From Lysobacteraceae bacterium (GTDB lineage: Bacteria; Pseudomonadota; Gammaproteobacteria; Xanthomonadales; Xanthomonadaceae): a stretch of DNA of 64,000 nucleotides. Position 1 is the first letter of the stretch; the number at the start of each line of letters is the position of its first letter. The translations under genes were made by a program, and so were the position numbers. Where the stretch lies: the NCBI GenBank assembly GCA_004297225.1, contig SCUI01000004.1:38724-102723 (forward strand). Direction: 5' to 3'. The notes under the pieces are model-generated. The model did not search any database. It saw nothing but the letters and a program-made list of their open reading frames with translations, and was not told where the DNA came from. This document shows positions 28,604 to 38,211 of this stretch, piece by piece.

Positions 28604-31600
28604 TTACCGGAAGTCGCGGGAGGTGGTGGCGAGGTTGTCCAGCAGCGGGGAGAGGTTCTCGAGGCGGGTGGCGATGAGGTGGCGGGTGCCGTCGGCGGCT
28701 TCCATGCGGCCTTCCACCGCCATCAGTTGCGATTCGAGCAAGGCGCGGCGGTCGCGTTCGGCCAGCGCGCGCCAGACCACCACGTTGACCATGCCGGTCT
28801 CGTCCTCCAGGGTCATGAAGGTCACGCCGCTCGCGGTTTGCGGTCGCTGGCGCAGGACCACCAGCCCGGCGTAGCGGGCGTGGCGCCCGTTCGGCAGCTC
28901 GGCCAGCTCGCGCGCGCGGCGGTAGCGGCGCTGCTGCAATTGCCGGCGCAGCAGTGCCAGCGGATGCGCGCCCAGGGTGAGCCCGGTGCTGGCGTAATCG
29001 GCGCGGGTGTCTTCGTAGGCGCTGGGCGGCGGGATCGCGATCCGCGTTTCCCGGGCCTGCGTCCCGGCGAACAGCGGCAGCTGCTTCTGCGCCCCGGCGC
29101 TTTGCCAGCGCGCGCGGTGGCGATGGCCGGCCAGCCCGCGCAACGCCGCGGCCTCGGCCAGTTTCGCCAGGCTGCCGCGGTCCAGGTCGGCGCGATGCAC
29201 CAGGTCGTCGAGGTCGCGGAACGGCGCCTGCGCGCGCGCGGCCATGATCCGCGCCGCCGCATCCTCGCGCAGGCCGGTGATCATCCGCAGGCCCAGCCGC
29301 AGCGCCGGCTGCGCCGCCGCGTCGTCCCGCGTTTCCAGCGTGCAGTCCCAGTCGCTGTAGCGCAGGTCCACCGGGCGTACCTCCACGCCCGCGCGGCGCG
29401 CGTCGGCCACCAGCTGCGGCGGCAGGTAGAAACCCATCGGCAGCGAGTTCAGCAGCGCGCAGGAGAACACCGCCGGCTCATGGCACTTGATCCAGGCGCT
29501 GACGTAGGTGAGCAGTGCGAAGCTGGCCGCGTGCGACTCGGGGAAACCGTAGTCGCCGAAACCCTGGATCTGTTCGAACAGGCGTTCGGCGAAGGCGGTG
29601 GTGTAACCGCGTGCGTTCATTCCCGCCAGCAGCGCGTCGCGATGCTTCTCCAGGCCGCCGCGGCGTTTCCACGCGGCCATGTCGCGGCGCAGCTGGTCGG
29701 CCTGGCCGGGGGTGTAGCCGGCGGCCTCCATCGCGATGCGCATCACCTGTTCCTGGAACAGCGGCACGCCCAGGGTGCGCTGCAACACCTTGCGCAAGGC
29801 CTCGGACGGGTAGTCCACCGGTTCCAGCCCCTGCCGCCGGCGCAGGTAGGGATGGATCATGCCGCCCTGGATCGGGCCCGGGCGCACGATCGCCACCTCG
29901 ATCACCAGGTCGTAGAAGGTCGCCGGCTTGAGCCGCGGCAGCATCGCCATCTGCGCGCGCGATTCGACCTGGAACACGCCGACCACGTCGCCGCGCTGGA
30001 CCATGGCGTAGGTGGCGGGATCCTCGGCCGGGATCGTCGCCATCTCCAGGTCGCGGCCGCGTTGCGCGCGCATCAGGTCCAGCGCCTTGCGGATGCAGGT
30101 CAGCATGCCCAGCGCCAGCACGTCGACCTTGAGCAGGCCCATGGTGTCCAGGTCGTCCTTGTCCCACTGGATGATGGTGCGCTCGGCCATCGCCGCGTTC
30201 TCCACCGGCACCAGCTGGTGCAGCGGCTGCTCGGAGATGACGAAGCCGCCGACGTGCTGCGACAGGTGCCGCGGCTTGCCCATCAGTTCCCCGGCCAGCG
30301 CGACCAGTTGCCGCATCGCCCGGCTGCCGGGGTCGAAGCCGCGTTCGCGCAGGCGCTCCGGCGGCGGCGCGTGGCTGCTCCAGTGGCCGACGCAGCCGGC
30401 CAGCTGCGCCACCTGGTCCTCGGGCAGGCCCAGCGCGCGGGCGACATCGCGCACCGCGCTGCGCGCCCGATAGCGGATCACGGTAGCGGCCAGCGCCGCG
30501 CGTTCGCGGCCGTAGCGCTGGTAGAGGTACTGGATGACTTCCTCGCGGCGCTCGTGCTCGAAGTCGATGTCGATGTCCGGCGGCTCGTTGCGCTCCTCGG
30601 AGATGAAGCGCTCGAACAGCAGGCCCATGCGCGCCGGGTCGATCGCGGTGACGCCCAGCGCGTAGCAGACCACCGAGTTGGCGGCCGAGCCACGCCCCTG
30701 GCACAGGATCCCGCGCGAACGCGCGAAGCGGACGATGTCGTGCACGGTGAGGAAGTAGGGCTCGTAGCCCTTTTTGTGCACCAGCGCCAGTTCCTTCTCG
30801 ATCAGCGCGCGCGCCTCCTCGCCTTCGCCTTCCGGCCAGCGTTCGCGCACGCCGTCCTCCACCAGTTGCCGCAACCAGGTTTGCGCGCTGTGACCCTCGG
30901 GCACCAGCTCGCGCGGATACTGGTAGCCCAGGTCCTGGTCGAGCCGGAACCGGCAGCGCGCGGCGATGCGCGTGGTTTCCTCCAGCAGTTCGCGCGGATA
31001 CATGGCGGCCAGTGCGCGCGGCGTGCGCAGGTGGCGCTCGCCGTTGGCGAACAGGCGTGCACCGGCGCGGGACACGGTGGTGCGGTGGCGGATCGCGGTC
31101 ATGGTGTCCTGCAGCGCGCGGCGGCCGCGCACGTGCATGTGTACGTCGCCGCTGGCGACGGCGGGAATGCCGAGATCGCGGGCGAGCGACTGCAGTTCCT
31201 GCAGGCGCCGTGCGTCGTCGGCGCTGCGATGCAGTTCCACCGCCAGCCACAGGCGGCCGTCGAAGCGTTCGCGCAGCCAGTGGCCGTCCTCGCGGGAAGG
31301 CCCGGCGCCGGGCACCCACAGCACCAGCAGGCCGGGCAGGCCGTCCTCGAGGTCTTCGCGCAGCAGCCGGTACTCGCCCTTGGCCGAACGGCGGCGGCCC
31401 TGCGTGACCAATCGGCACAGCCGGGCGTAACCGGCGCGATCCTCGACCAGCAGCACCAGCTTCAAGCCGTCCTCCAGCGTGACCTCGCTGCCGACGACCA
31501 GCTTCACCCCGGTCTCGCGCGAGGCTTCCAGTGCGCGGACGATGCCGGCCAGCGAGCATTCGTCGGTGATCGCGAGCGCGGCGTAGCCCTGCTGCCGCGC

Positions 31601-31750
31601 GCGTTCGAACAGTTCGGCGGCGTTGGAGGCGCCGCGGCCGAAGCTGAAGTCGGAGAGGCAGTGCAGCTCCGCATACCCCTGTAGAGCCGACCCATGGTCG
31701 GCTTCATGCAACAGCAGCCGACCATGGGTCGGCTCTACGGGAGTGCTCAT
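28604..31750 (-). CDS. dnaE2: Error-prone DNA polymerase DnaE2 (Pol III alpha paralogue)
   Basis: [17 protein letters not shown] marks the PHP domain start, and the length is about 1048 aa. The ATG overlaps the imuB stop (ATGA). The first ~25 codons are encoded by a REP1 dimer, so the true start is uncertain. Confidence 0.9.
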   Translation of the reverse strand: MSTPVEPTHGRLLLHEADHGSALQGYAELHCLSDFSFGRGASNAAELFERARQQGYAALAITDECSLAGIVRALEASRETGVKLVVGSEVTLEDGLKLVLLVEDRAGYARLCRLVTQGRRRSAKGEYRLLREDLEDGLPGLLVLWVPGAGPSREDGHWLRERFDGRLWLAVELHRSADDARRLQELQSLARDLGIPAVASGDVHMHVRGRRALQDTMTAIRHRTTVSRAGARLFANGERHLRTPRALAAMYPRELLEETTRIAARCRFRLDQDLGYQYPRELVPEGHSAQTWLRQLVEDGVRERWPEGEGEEARALIEKELALVHKKGYEPYFLTVHDIVRFARSRGILCQGRGSAANSVVCYALGVTAIDPARMGLLFERFISEERNEPPDIDIDFEHERREEVIQYLYQRYGRERAALAATVIRYRARSAVRDVARALGLPEDQVAQLAGCVGHWSSHAPPPERLRERGFDPGSRAMRQLVALAGELMGKPRHLSQHVGGFVISEQPLHQLVPVENAAMAERTIIQWDKDDLDTMGLLKVDVLALGMLTCIRKALDLMRAQRGRDLEMATIPAEDPATYAMVQRGDVVGVFQVESRAQMAMLPRLKPATFYDLVIEVAIVRPGPIQGGMIHPYLRRRQGLEPVDYPSEALRKVLQRTLGVPLFQEQVMRIAMEAAGYTPGQADQLRRDMAAWKRRGGLEKHRDALLAGMNARGYTTAFAERLFEQIQGFGDYGFPESHAASFALLTYVSAWIKCHEPAVFSCALLNSLPMGFYLPPQLVADARRAGVEVRPVDLRYSDWDCTLETRDDAAAQPALRLGLRMITGLREDAAARIMAARAQAPFRDLDDLVHRADLDRGSLAKLAEAAALRGLAGHRHRARWQSAGAQKQLPLFAGTQARETRIAIPPPSAYEDTRADYASTGLTLGAHPLALLRRQLQQRRYRRARELAELPNGRHARYAGLVVLRQRPQTASGVTFMTLEDETGMVNVVVWRALAERDRRALLESQLMAVEGRMEAADGTRHLIATRLENLSPLLDNLATTSRDFR
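31681..31738. repeat. REP1 dimer (two inverted units separated by 12 nt)
   Basis: gtagagccgacccatggtcggct, then tcatgcaacagc, then agccgaccatgggtcggctctac. It lies just downstream of the imuB stop and in-frame with dnaE2. Confidence 0.9.
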
Positions 31751-33180
31751 GCGAACCAGCCCTGCAGCATCAGCGGGGCATCGGTGTTGCCGGCGGGCCT
31801 GAAGGCCCAGGCACGCTGGCCGTCGCGGGTCTGCACCAGGTAGTAGTCGCGGCGGACGTCGCCGCCGTCCCACCAGCCGCTTTCGATCCGTTCCGGACCG
31901 GCCAGCAGTTGCAGGCCGTAACCGCGCAACGGGATCGGTTGCGGCAGCAGCCAGGTGGGACGCGGCGCGGCGGGCACCGGCAGCCTGGTCGCCGCCGGCA
32001 TCGGCACGCGCCGCCATGCCTGCTCGGGACGGTGGTCGTCGCGATCGGCCAGGCCATGCACCGCGCCTTCGCCCAGGCGCGCGCGCAGGCGTTCGCGCAG
32101 CGTGTCCCAGGGCACGGATTGCGCCGGGCGTTCATCGAACAGTTCGCGGCCGGCCGGCACGAACGGCGGCAGTTCCTCGGCCAGCAAACGCATGCCGCGC
32201 ACCGGTGCGGGCACCTGCGTCTGTTCCAGCCGGCTGCGCGAGAGTTCGAACAGCAACGCCGGGTCGCGCTCGGCGGCGAGCAGGCCGACCACCACCTCCG
32301 TGTCGGCATGGTGTTCGTGTTCCAGGCGCACGACGAAGCGCTGCACGCCGCCGTCGCGGCCGGCCAGGTACGCGCCCAGGTCCGCGGTCATGCGCCGCAG
32401 CGGGAACAGCAGCGCCTGCGAACTCTCGATGTCGTAGGCCAGCTCGATGCGCAGGTCGAAGCGGTCAGGCGGTGCGTAGGCGACGATCGCCTCGGGCGCG
32501 CCGCGCAGCCGGTCCAGGTGCTGCAGCAGGCCCGGGCCGAAACGCTTGCCCAGCGCGTCGCGCGGCGCATCGAATAGCTGTCCGAGCCGACGCAGGCCCA
32601 TCGCGTGCAGCGCCTCGGCCTGCCCGGGCGCCAGCAACGCCCGCGCCACCGGCGTGCGCGCCAGCGCGGTGCGCAACGTCGCCTCGTGCACGATCGCCAG
32701 GCCGTCGTGCATGCCCGCCAGGACCCGCGCCGCGCGCGGGTTGGGTGCCACCGCGATGCGATGGCCGAAGCCGAGCGCGGCCAGGTCCGCGCGCAGGCGC
32801 CGCTCGAACACCGGCCACGGCCCGAACAGGCGCAGGCTGGCCTGGATCTCGAGCACGATCGCGTCGTCGGGGGTGCCGTTGAATGCGGCGATCGCCACCT
32901 GCGAGCTGTAGCGGTACGCCCATGCGGCGAGGAATTCGCGCCAGCGCGCGACTTCGGCGCCGTCGTATTCGGCCGTGGCGAAGTCGGCCAGCAACGCGTG
33001 CGCGGCGGCCAGGGATTGCCCCGCGCGCAGGCCGGCGCGCGCCGCCGCGGCGTTGACGGCGGCCAGCACGCGCTTCTGCGCCGGCCCGGTGACCAGCGCC
33101 AACGGCGCTTCAGGCGCGGGGTGGCGGCGGAGGACGCCGTCGAGCGCCAGTTGCGGCAGGTGCAGGCAGGCCCAGAGCAT
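31747..33180 (-). CDS. imuB: ImuB, Y-family DNA polymerase-like protein of the mutagenesis cassette
   Basis: Start at [14 protein letters not shown] and C-terminal ...LQGWFA match ImuB. It sits between imuA and dnaE2. Confidence 0.88.
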   Translation of the reverse strand: MLWACLHLPQLALDGVLRRHPAPEAPLALVTGPAQKRVLAAVNAAAARAGLRAGQSLAAAHALLADFATAEYDGAEVARWREFLAAWAYRYSSQVAIAAFNGTPDDAIVLEIQASLRLFGPWPVFERRLRADLAALGFGHRIAVAPNPRAARVLAGMHDGLAIVHEATLRTALARTPVARALLAPGQAEALHAMGLRRLGQLFDAPRDALGKRFGPGLLQHLDRLRGAPEAIVAYAPPDRFDLRIELAYDIESSQALLFPLRRMTADLGAYLAGRDGGVQRFVVRLEHEHHADTEVVVGLLAAERDPALLFELSRSRLEQTQVPAPVRGMRLLAEELPPFVPAGRELFDERPAQSVPWDTLRERLRARLGEGAVHGLADRDDHRPEQAWRRVPMPAATRLPVPAAPRPTWLLPQPIPLRGYGLQLLAGPERIESGWWDGGDVRRDYYLVQTRDGQRAWAFRPAGNTDAPLMLQGWFA

Positions 33181-33185
33181 GGCGG

Positions 33186-33812
33186 TCAACCATGCAGGTC
33201 GAAGTTGCGGGCGGGAGGCATGCCGCCGCGGCACTTGATGACGCGCAGTTTTGGCGGCGCGCCGTCGATCGACAGCCGCAACGCCGCCGGCGAGGGGTTG
33301 GCCGCGGCGCGCAGGTCGCGGAACACGAAGCCGAGCGCGCGGCCGCTGTCGGCGGCGACCTGCAGGCGGCGCAAGGCGCGGTCGTCGGCTTGGGTGCCCT
33401 TCGACGCCGGCGGCCAGGCCAGCACCGCGCCGGCGCAGCCCGCGCGCAGGCATTGTTCGGCCGCCCACGATGCTTCGCGGGGCGCGGCGTCGACGATGTG
33501 CAGGTGCGCCAGCTCCACGCCGGCCTGGCGCCAACCGGCGGGGAAGGGCAGATAGGGCGGGGCCACGAGGACCACCGGCTGGCCCGCCTGCGTCAACCGC
33601 GCCAGCGTCGGCAGCAGCAGGCGCAGTTCACCCAAGCCGTCGGCGCGCAGCAGCAGTTCGGTCAAGGCCGCTTCCGGCCAGCCGCCTTCGGGCAGTGCGT
33701 CGTCGAGCGCGGCGTGTCCGGTCGGCTGCCGCGCGCGCGGCAGCGCCACCGGCTGGCCGCGCCAGACCCGGTGTTCGTTGAGCAGCGCATCGAGGGCGAC
33801 GACCTGGCCCAT
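33186..33812 (-). CDS. imuA: ImuA (SulA/RecA-fold translesion synthesis accessory protein)
   Basis: Its position in the lexA-imuA-imuB-dnaE2 cassette fits. Motifs VWRG...PTGHAALDDALP-GGWP and TELL are typical of ImuA. Confidence 0.85.
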   Translation of the reverse strand: MGQVVALDALLNEHRVWRGQPVALPRARQPTGHAALDDALPEGGWPEAALTELLLRADGLGELRLLLPTLARLTQAGQPVVLVAPPYLPFPAGWRQAGVELAHLHIVDAAPREASWAAEQCLRAGCAGAVLAWPPASKGTQADDRALRRLQVAADSGRALGFVFRDLRAAANPSPAALRLSIDGAPPKLRVIKCRGGMPPARNFDLHG

Positions 33813-33815
33813 GGC

Positions 33816-34475
33816 CTACGCACGCACCAGTCCGCAATACAGGCCTTCGATGGCGAAGTCCTGGCCGCGCTGCACTTCGATCGGCGCGAACTCCGGGTTG
33901 CGCGGCAGCAGGCGCACGCGACCGCGCGCCAGTTCCAGGCGCTTGATGGTGAGTTCCTCGTCCAGCCGCGCCACCACCACCTGGCCGTTGCGCGCATCGG
34001 CGCGGCGCTGCACTGCGACCAGGTCGCCGTCGAGGATGCCTTCCTCGCGCATCGAATCGCCGTGCACGCGCAGCAGGTAGTCGGGCCGCGGCGAGAACAG
34101 CGCCGGGTCGAAACCGAGCACGCGCTCCACGCCGGCATCGGCGCCCGCGTCCGCGCCGATCGGCACGCCGGCGGCGACGCGACCCAGCACCGGCAGCGAC
34201 AGCGACAGCGAAGCCTCGCCGATCCGGGCATCTCCCTTGTGGGAGCGGTGCAAGCCGCGACTGCTCCCGGGCAACCGGATCCCTCGCGCCTTCCCCGGCA
34301 GCAACACCAGGTGCCCCTTCGCCGCGATCGCCTGCAGGTGCTTCTGCGCCGCGCGCGTCTGCCGGAAGCCGAACGCACGGGCGATTTCCGCCCACGTCGG
34401 CGGCAGCCCCTCGGCCTCGATCCGCTCGCGCACGAATCCCAGGATCGCCCTTTGCCGCTCGGTCAATTCGTCCAT
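33816..34475 (-). CDS. lexA: LexA repressor (cassette-associated copy)
   Basis: Shows an N-terminal wHTH (LTERQRAILGFV), the cleavage site VAAG, and the catalytic GDSM...K (RLDEELTIKRL). The hinge contains a REP3-encoded insertion. Confidence 0.92.
   Translation of the reverse strand: MDELTERQRAILGFVRERIEAEGLPPTWAEIARAFGFRQTRAAQKHLQAIAAKGHLVLLPGKARGIRLPGSSRGLHRSHKGDARIGEASLSLSLPVLGRVAAGVPIGADAGADAGVERVLGFDPALFSPRPDYLLRVHGDSMREEGILDGDLVAVQRRADARNGQVVVARLDEELTIKRLELARGRVRLLPRNPEFAPIEVQRGQDFAIEGLYCGLVRA
34235..34261. repeat. REP3 unit in-frame inside the lexA hinge (encodes SSRGLHRSHKGD)
   Basis: ccttgtgggagcggtgcaagccgcgac matches the intergenic REP3 copies. Confidence 0.85.
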
Positions 34476-34510
34476 GGTCGCAATTTTAGTACCTCTCCGG
34501 GCACGACTCC
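34476..34510 (-). promoter_or_regulatory. Candidate lexA promoter/operator: TAAAAT -10-like hexamer 7 nt upstream of the ATG, adjacent to GTGC-N8-GTAC
   Basis: The minus strand reads GTGCCCGGAGAGGTACTAAAATTGCGACCATG. There is no Shine-Dalgarno at a usable distance. This rests on pattern only. Confidence 0.3.
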
Positions 34511-34598
34511 GCACCCGCAACCGATTCAACGGCTTGTCCGTCTCATCTCAAGCGACACATCAAACGCAGGACGCGTCAAAAGAGAACCCCCAGGCGCG

Positions 34599-35408
34599 TT
34601 ACTTCTCGACGAAGGCGCGTTCGAAGACGTAGTGGCCGGGGGTGCCGATGCGGGGGGAGGCGGTGAAGCCGCGGCCGTCGAGGAGGGCGCGGAAGTCGGC
34701 CAGCATCGCCGGGCTGCCGCAGAGCATCGCCCGGTCGTGGTCCGGGTCCAGTGGCGGCAGGCCCAGGTCGCGCGCCATCTGTCCGCTGGCCAGCAGGTCG
34801 GTCAGGCGGCCGCGATGGCGCTGGCCGTTGTGCACGAAGTCCTCGCGCGTCACCGCCGGGTAGTAGTGCAATCGCCCGCGCACCAGCTCGCCGAGGAACT
34901 CGTGTTCCGGCAGCACCTGTTCGATGTCCTCGCGATAGCACAGGTCCGACGCGCGGCGCACGCCGTGGCACAGCACCACGTGCTCGAAACGCTCGTAGGT
35001 GGCCGGATCCTTGATGATCGACAGCCACGGCGCGAAGCCGGTGCCGGTGCCCAGCAGGTACAGGTTGCGCCCCGGATGCAGGTCGTGCACCAGCAGGGTG
35101 CCGGTCGGCTTGTGCCCGCGCAGTACCTGGTCGCCCGGCTTCACGTGCTGCAACCGCGAGGTCAACGCTCCATCGGGCACCTTGATGCTGAAGAACTCCA
35201 GGTGTTCCTCCCAGCTGGCGCTGGCGATCGAGTAGGCGCGCAGCAGCGGCTTGGTCGAGCCATCGGGTTGCGGGATCTCCAGCCCGAGCATGACGAACTG
35301 TCCGCTGTCGAAGCGGAAGCCGGGATCACGGGTGGTGGTGAAACTGAAATAGGCGTCGGTCCAGTGACGGACGTCCAGCACGGTTTCGGTGCCGAAGGCA
35401 GAGGACAT
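34599..35408 (-). CDS. fpr: Ferredoxin-NADP+ reductase (Fpr type)
   Basis: Motifs RAYSIAS (FAD binding), LLGTGTGFAP (NADP binding) and a C-terminal FVEK match bacterial Fpr. Confidence 0.9.
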   Translation of the reverse strand: MSSAFGTETVLDVRHWTDAYFSFTTTRDPGFRFDSGQFVMLGLEIPQPDGSTKPLLRAYSIASASWEEHLEFFSIKVPDGALTSRLQHVKPGDQVLRGHKPTGTLLVHDLHPGRNLYLLGTGTGFAPWLSIIKDPATYERFEHVVLCHGVRRASDLCYREDIEQVLPEHEFLGELVRGRLHYYPAVTREDFVHNGQRHRGRLTDLLASGQMARDLGLPPLDPDHDRAMLCGSPAMLADFRALLDGRGFTASPRIGTPGHYVFERAFVEK

Positions 35409-35506
35409 GCGGGAATTTGCAGGGGGAAAGTCCCATTTTAGCTTCACGGCCGGGCAACGGGGCGCCAGCCACAATCCAGCACCGGAGGAGTGAACCAGGA
35501 GGGCCC

Positions 35507-35761
35507 ATGGCGAGTTCCCGGCCACAGCCGCAAGACCCGCGCACGCGCGACCAGCTGTTCTGCCTCGAGTTGGCCAGCCAGGCGATGGATGCCTGGTTCG
35601 ACCAGACCTGGGAGCAGCTGGAGCCGCTGCTGGAAAGCACCTGGGAAACCGGCGACCACGAAATGTCCTGGTGCGAGGCGCGCTGGTTCGTGAAGTGCGC
35701 CTGGACCGACTGCCTCAACCGCGGCGCCGCCGCCAAGGGCGATTTCCGCGCGACGGTGTGA
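35507..35761 (+). CDS. Hypothetical 84-aa Trp/acidic protein
   Basis: A CAGGAGGG Shine-Dalgarno lies 4 nt upstream and third-position GC is high. I recognise no family. Confidence 0.5.
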   Translation: MASSRPQPQDPRTRDQLFCLELASQAMDAWFDQTWEQLEPLLESTWETGDHEMSWCEARWFVKCAWTDCLNRGAAAKGDFRATV

Positions 35762-37438
35762 TCACCTGGGGCCGCGTTCCACCCTCGGCCTGGCCTTGTG
35801 GTCGCCGAACAGCGCGCTGAGCACGATCATGATCCCCAACACGGCGCCGACCAGGAACAGGAACAACGCGATCACCGGGTAGCCGCCCAGCTGCCAGCCC
35901 GACTCCACGTCCATCATCATCGCCGAAGCAACGATCAGCGCGGCCGTGACCAGTCCGGCGGCGATGCGGTTGGCGATCTTCTGCAGGCTTTCCATCAGCG
36001 GCGAATCGGCGATCCCGTCCACCCGCACCTGCATCCGGTTCTCCGACAGCAGCGACAGCAGGTCCGAGATCTTGCGCGGTGCCTCGCGCAGCAGCGACTG
36101 CACCTCGATCAGTTCGCTGGCGATGTTCGATGCCGAGAACGAACGCCGGATCCGCTCGCGCATCACGTGTTCCAGGTGGTCCTCGACCACGCACTTCACG
36201 TCCAGCTCCGGATCCAGTGCGTCGGCGACCTGCTCCAGGTTGAGCAGGGTCTTGCCCAGCAGGCTCAGCTCGGGCGGCGAACGCAGGCCGCAGGCGGTGG
36301 ACATCGACACCAGTTCCAGCATCAGCCGGCCCTCGGACTGGGTGGGCGAGCGCGAATGTGCGGCGTAGCGCGCCACCGATTGCCCGACCTCGCGCATGAA
36401 GCGCTCCTCGTCGAAGCACTCCAGGCGCGTGCCCATGGCGATGGTCTCGTTGGCCACTTCCTCGCCGCGGCCGTCGACCGCGGCGAACAGCAGTTTCAGC
36501 AGTCGCTCGCGCTGTTTGGGCGGGACGTGCGCGATCATCCCCAGGTCGAACAGCGCAAGTTGGCCCTCGGGCGTGACCAGCAGGTTGCCCGGGTGCGGAT
36601 CGGCGTGGATCTCGCCGTGGACGAACACCTGGTCGAGGTAGCCGCGCATCAAGGCCTCGGCCAGTTCGTCCGTGCGCACGCAGTCGCGCTGGCCGTCGTC
36701 GAGTTCGGTGACCTTGGTGCCTTCGACCAGTTCCATGGTCAGCACGCGGGTGGCGGTGAGTTCCCAGTACGGCGCGGGCACCAGCAGTTCCGGGTAGCCG
36801 CGCAGGTGTTCGCCGAAGCGTTCCAGGTTCTCGGCCTCGGCGCGGTAGTCGAGTTCGGCCAGCAGCGTCTTGCGGAATTCGTGGACCCAGTCGGAGAAAT
36901 GCACGCGGCGGCCGAGATTGGTCATCTTGTCCGCGCGCCCGGCCAGGCTGGCGATCGCATCCAGGTCGGCGCGCACCTGTTCCAGCACGCCGGGCCGCTG
37001 CACCTTCACCGCCACCGGGCAGCCATCGTGCAGCCTGGCGCGATGCACCTGCGCCAGCGAGGCGCAACCCAGCGGCCGTGGATCGAAGCTGTCGAACAGG
37101 GTTTCCAGCGGTGCGCCGAGGCACTCCTCGACCACCTTGCGCACCTCGCTGAAGTGGATCGGCGCGACGTCGTCCTGCATCCGCTCCAGCGCGGCGATGT
37201 AGGGCGCCGGCACCATGTCCGGCCGGGTGGACAGCGCCTGGCCGATCTTGACGAAGGTCGGGCCGAGCGCCTCCAGGTCGTTGACGAATTCCTCCGGCTT
37301 GCCCTCGGTGGGCGGCGGTTCCGGGGACGGGCTGGCGGCGTCCAGGTCGAGCCCGGTGAATACGCCGGCGCTGCGGTATTTCAGCAGGAAACGCACGATC
37401 TGCGCGGTGCGGGCAAGGCCGCTGCTGGCGTCTGGCAT
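35762..37438 (-). CDS. ABC1/AarF/UbiB atypical kinase family protein with C-terminal TM helices
   Basis: Contains FVKIGQALSTRPD, ASLAQVH and the FVHGEIHADPHPGNLL kinase-like core, with hydrophobic C-terminal segments. Confidence 0.87.
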   Translation of the reverse strand: MPDASSGLARTAQIVRFLLKYRSAGVFTGLDLDAASPSPEPPPTEGKPEEFVNDLEALGPTFVKIGQALSTRPDMVPAPYIAALERMQDDVAPIHFSEVRKVVEECLGAPLETLFDSFDPRPLGCASLAQVHRARLHDGCPVAVKVQRPGVLEQVRADLDAIASLAGRADKMTNLGRRVHFSDWVHEFRKTLLAELDYRAEAENLERFGEHLRGYPELLVPAPYWELTATRVLTMELVEGTKVTELDDGQRDCVRTDELAEALMRGYLDQVFVHGEIHADPHPGNLLVTPEGQLALFDLGMIAHVPPKQRERLLKLLFAAVDGRGEEVANETIAMGTRLECFDEERFMREVGQSVARYAAHSRSPTQSEGRLMLELVSMSTACGLRSPPELSLLGKTLLNLEQVADALDPELDVKCVVEDHLEHVMRERIRRSFSASNIASELIEVQSLLREAPRKISDLLSLLSENRMQVRVDGIADSPLMESLQKIANRIAAGLVTAALIVASAMMMDVESGWQLGGYPVIALFLFLVGAVLGIMIVLSALFGDHKARPRVERGPR

Positions 37439-37538
37439 GGCACGGTCCTGGCTCGGGGCCGCAAAGGGGCGGCGTTGCCCACAGCCTAGCGGCGGCGCCG
37501 TCAAGGCGACTTCATCTTCGTCGCGGCATCATGCCGCG

Positions 37539-38078
37539 ATGCCCGGCACGCTCTACACCATCGGCCACTCCACCCGCGCGTGGGAGGAGTTCACGAAACT
37601 GCTGCACGAGAACGCGATCGATTGCCTCGTGGATGTGCGGCGGTTCGCCGGTTCGCGCCGCAATCCGCAGTATTCGCCGCTGGCGATGGGGCCGGCGCTG
37701 CAAGGCGAGGGGATCGAGTACCTGCCGATGCCGGAGTTCGGCGGGCGCCGCAAGGCCGACGAGGACAGCCGCAACGGCGCATGGCGGGTGGAGGCGTTCC
37801 GCGGCTACGCGGACTACATGGCCACGGCGGAATTCGCGCTGGCCCGCGAACGGTTGATGCAGCAGGCCTCGCGCGCTCGGACCTCGGTGATGTGCGCCGA
37901 AGCGGTGTGGTGGCGTTGCCATCGCCGCCTGATTTCCGACGACTTCACTGCCCGCGGCTGGAACGTCCTGCACATCATGGGCCCGGGCAAGCTCCAGCAA
38001 CACGAACTCAACCCCGCCGCGGTCATGTCCCCCTCTGACGTCCTCGTCTATCCGCCCGCCCAGGAAAAGCTTTTTTGA
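37539..38078 (+). CDS. DUF488 family protein
   Basis: Contains LYTIGHS...LVDVRR...NPQY...CAEAVWWRCHRRLI, the DUF488 signature. The stop codon TGA lies in the first bases of MITE-like copy C. Confidence 0.85.
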   Translation: MPGTLYTIGHSTRAWEEFTKLLHENAIDCLVDVRRFAGSRRNPQYSPLAMGPALQGEGIEYLPMPEFGGRRKADEDSRNGAWRVEAFRGYADYMATAEFALARERLMQQASRARTSVMCAEAVWWRCHRRLISDDFTARGWNVLHIMGPGKLQQHELNPAAVMSPSDVLVYPPAQEKLF

Positions 38079-38199
38079 CGCGGATCAACGCGGATCAAGG
38101 CGGATAAGGGCGGATAAGGGCAAAAGTGGTTCCGATGCAAGGCCGGGATCGCCGTGAACCCCGTGCAAAAAATCCGCTCTCATCCGCTTGATCCGCGTC
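38074..38199. repeat. GCGGAT-type MITE-like element, copy C (complete, with a 10-bp phased subrepeat array)
   Basis: The left arm is tttgacgcggatcaacgcggatcaaggcggataagggcggataaggg. The right arm is atccgctctcatccgcttgatccgcgtc. It lies between convergent genes. Confidence 0.8.
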
Positions 38200-38211
38200 C
38201 TGCGTTTGCCA

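Noticed and set aside
34476-34510. The Xylella/Xanthomonas-type LexA box TTAGN6TACTA upstream of lexA
   Set aside because: Only isolated TTAG and TACTA fragments are present and they overlap each other (TTAGTAC / GTACTAA). The full spaced motif is not there.
38080-38120. Tandem ~10-nt gcggat(c/a)a(a/g)g units, and the AKK-repeat DNA at 17761-18060, considered as possible CRISPR arrays
   Set aside because: The units are far too short, are contiguous without spacers, and no cas genes are present. The first set forms the arms of an inverted-repeat element and the second is coding.
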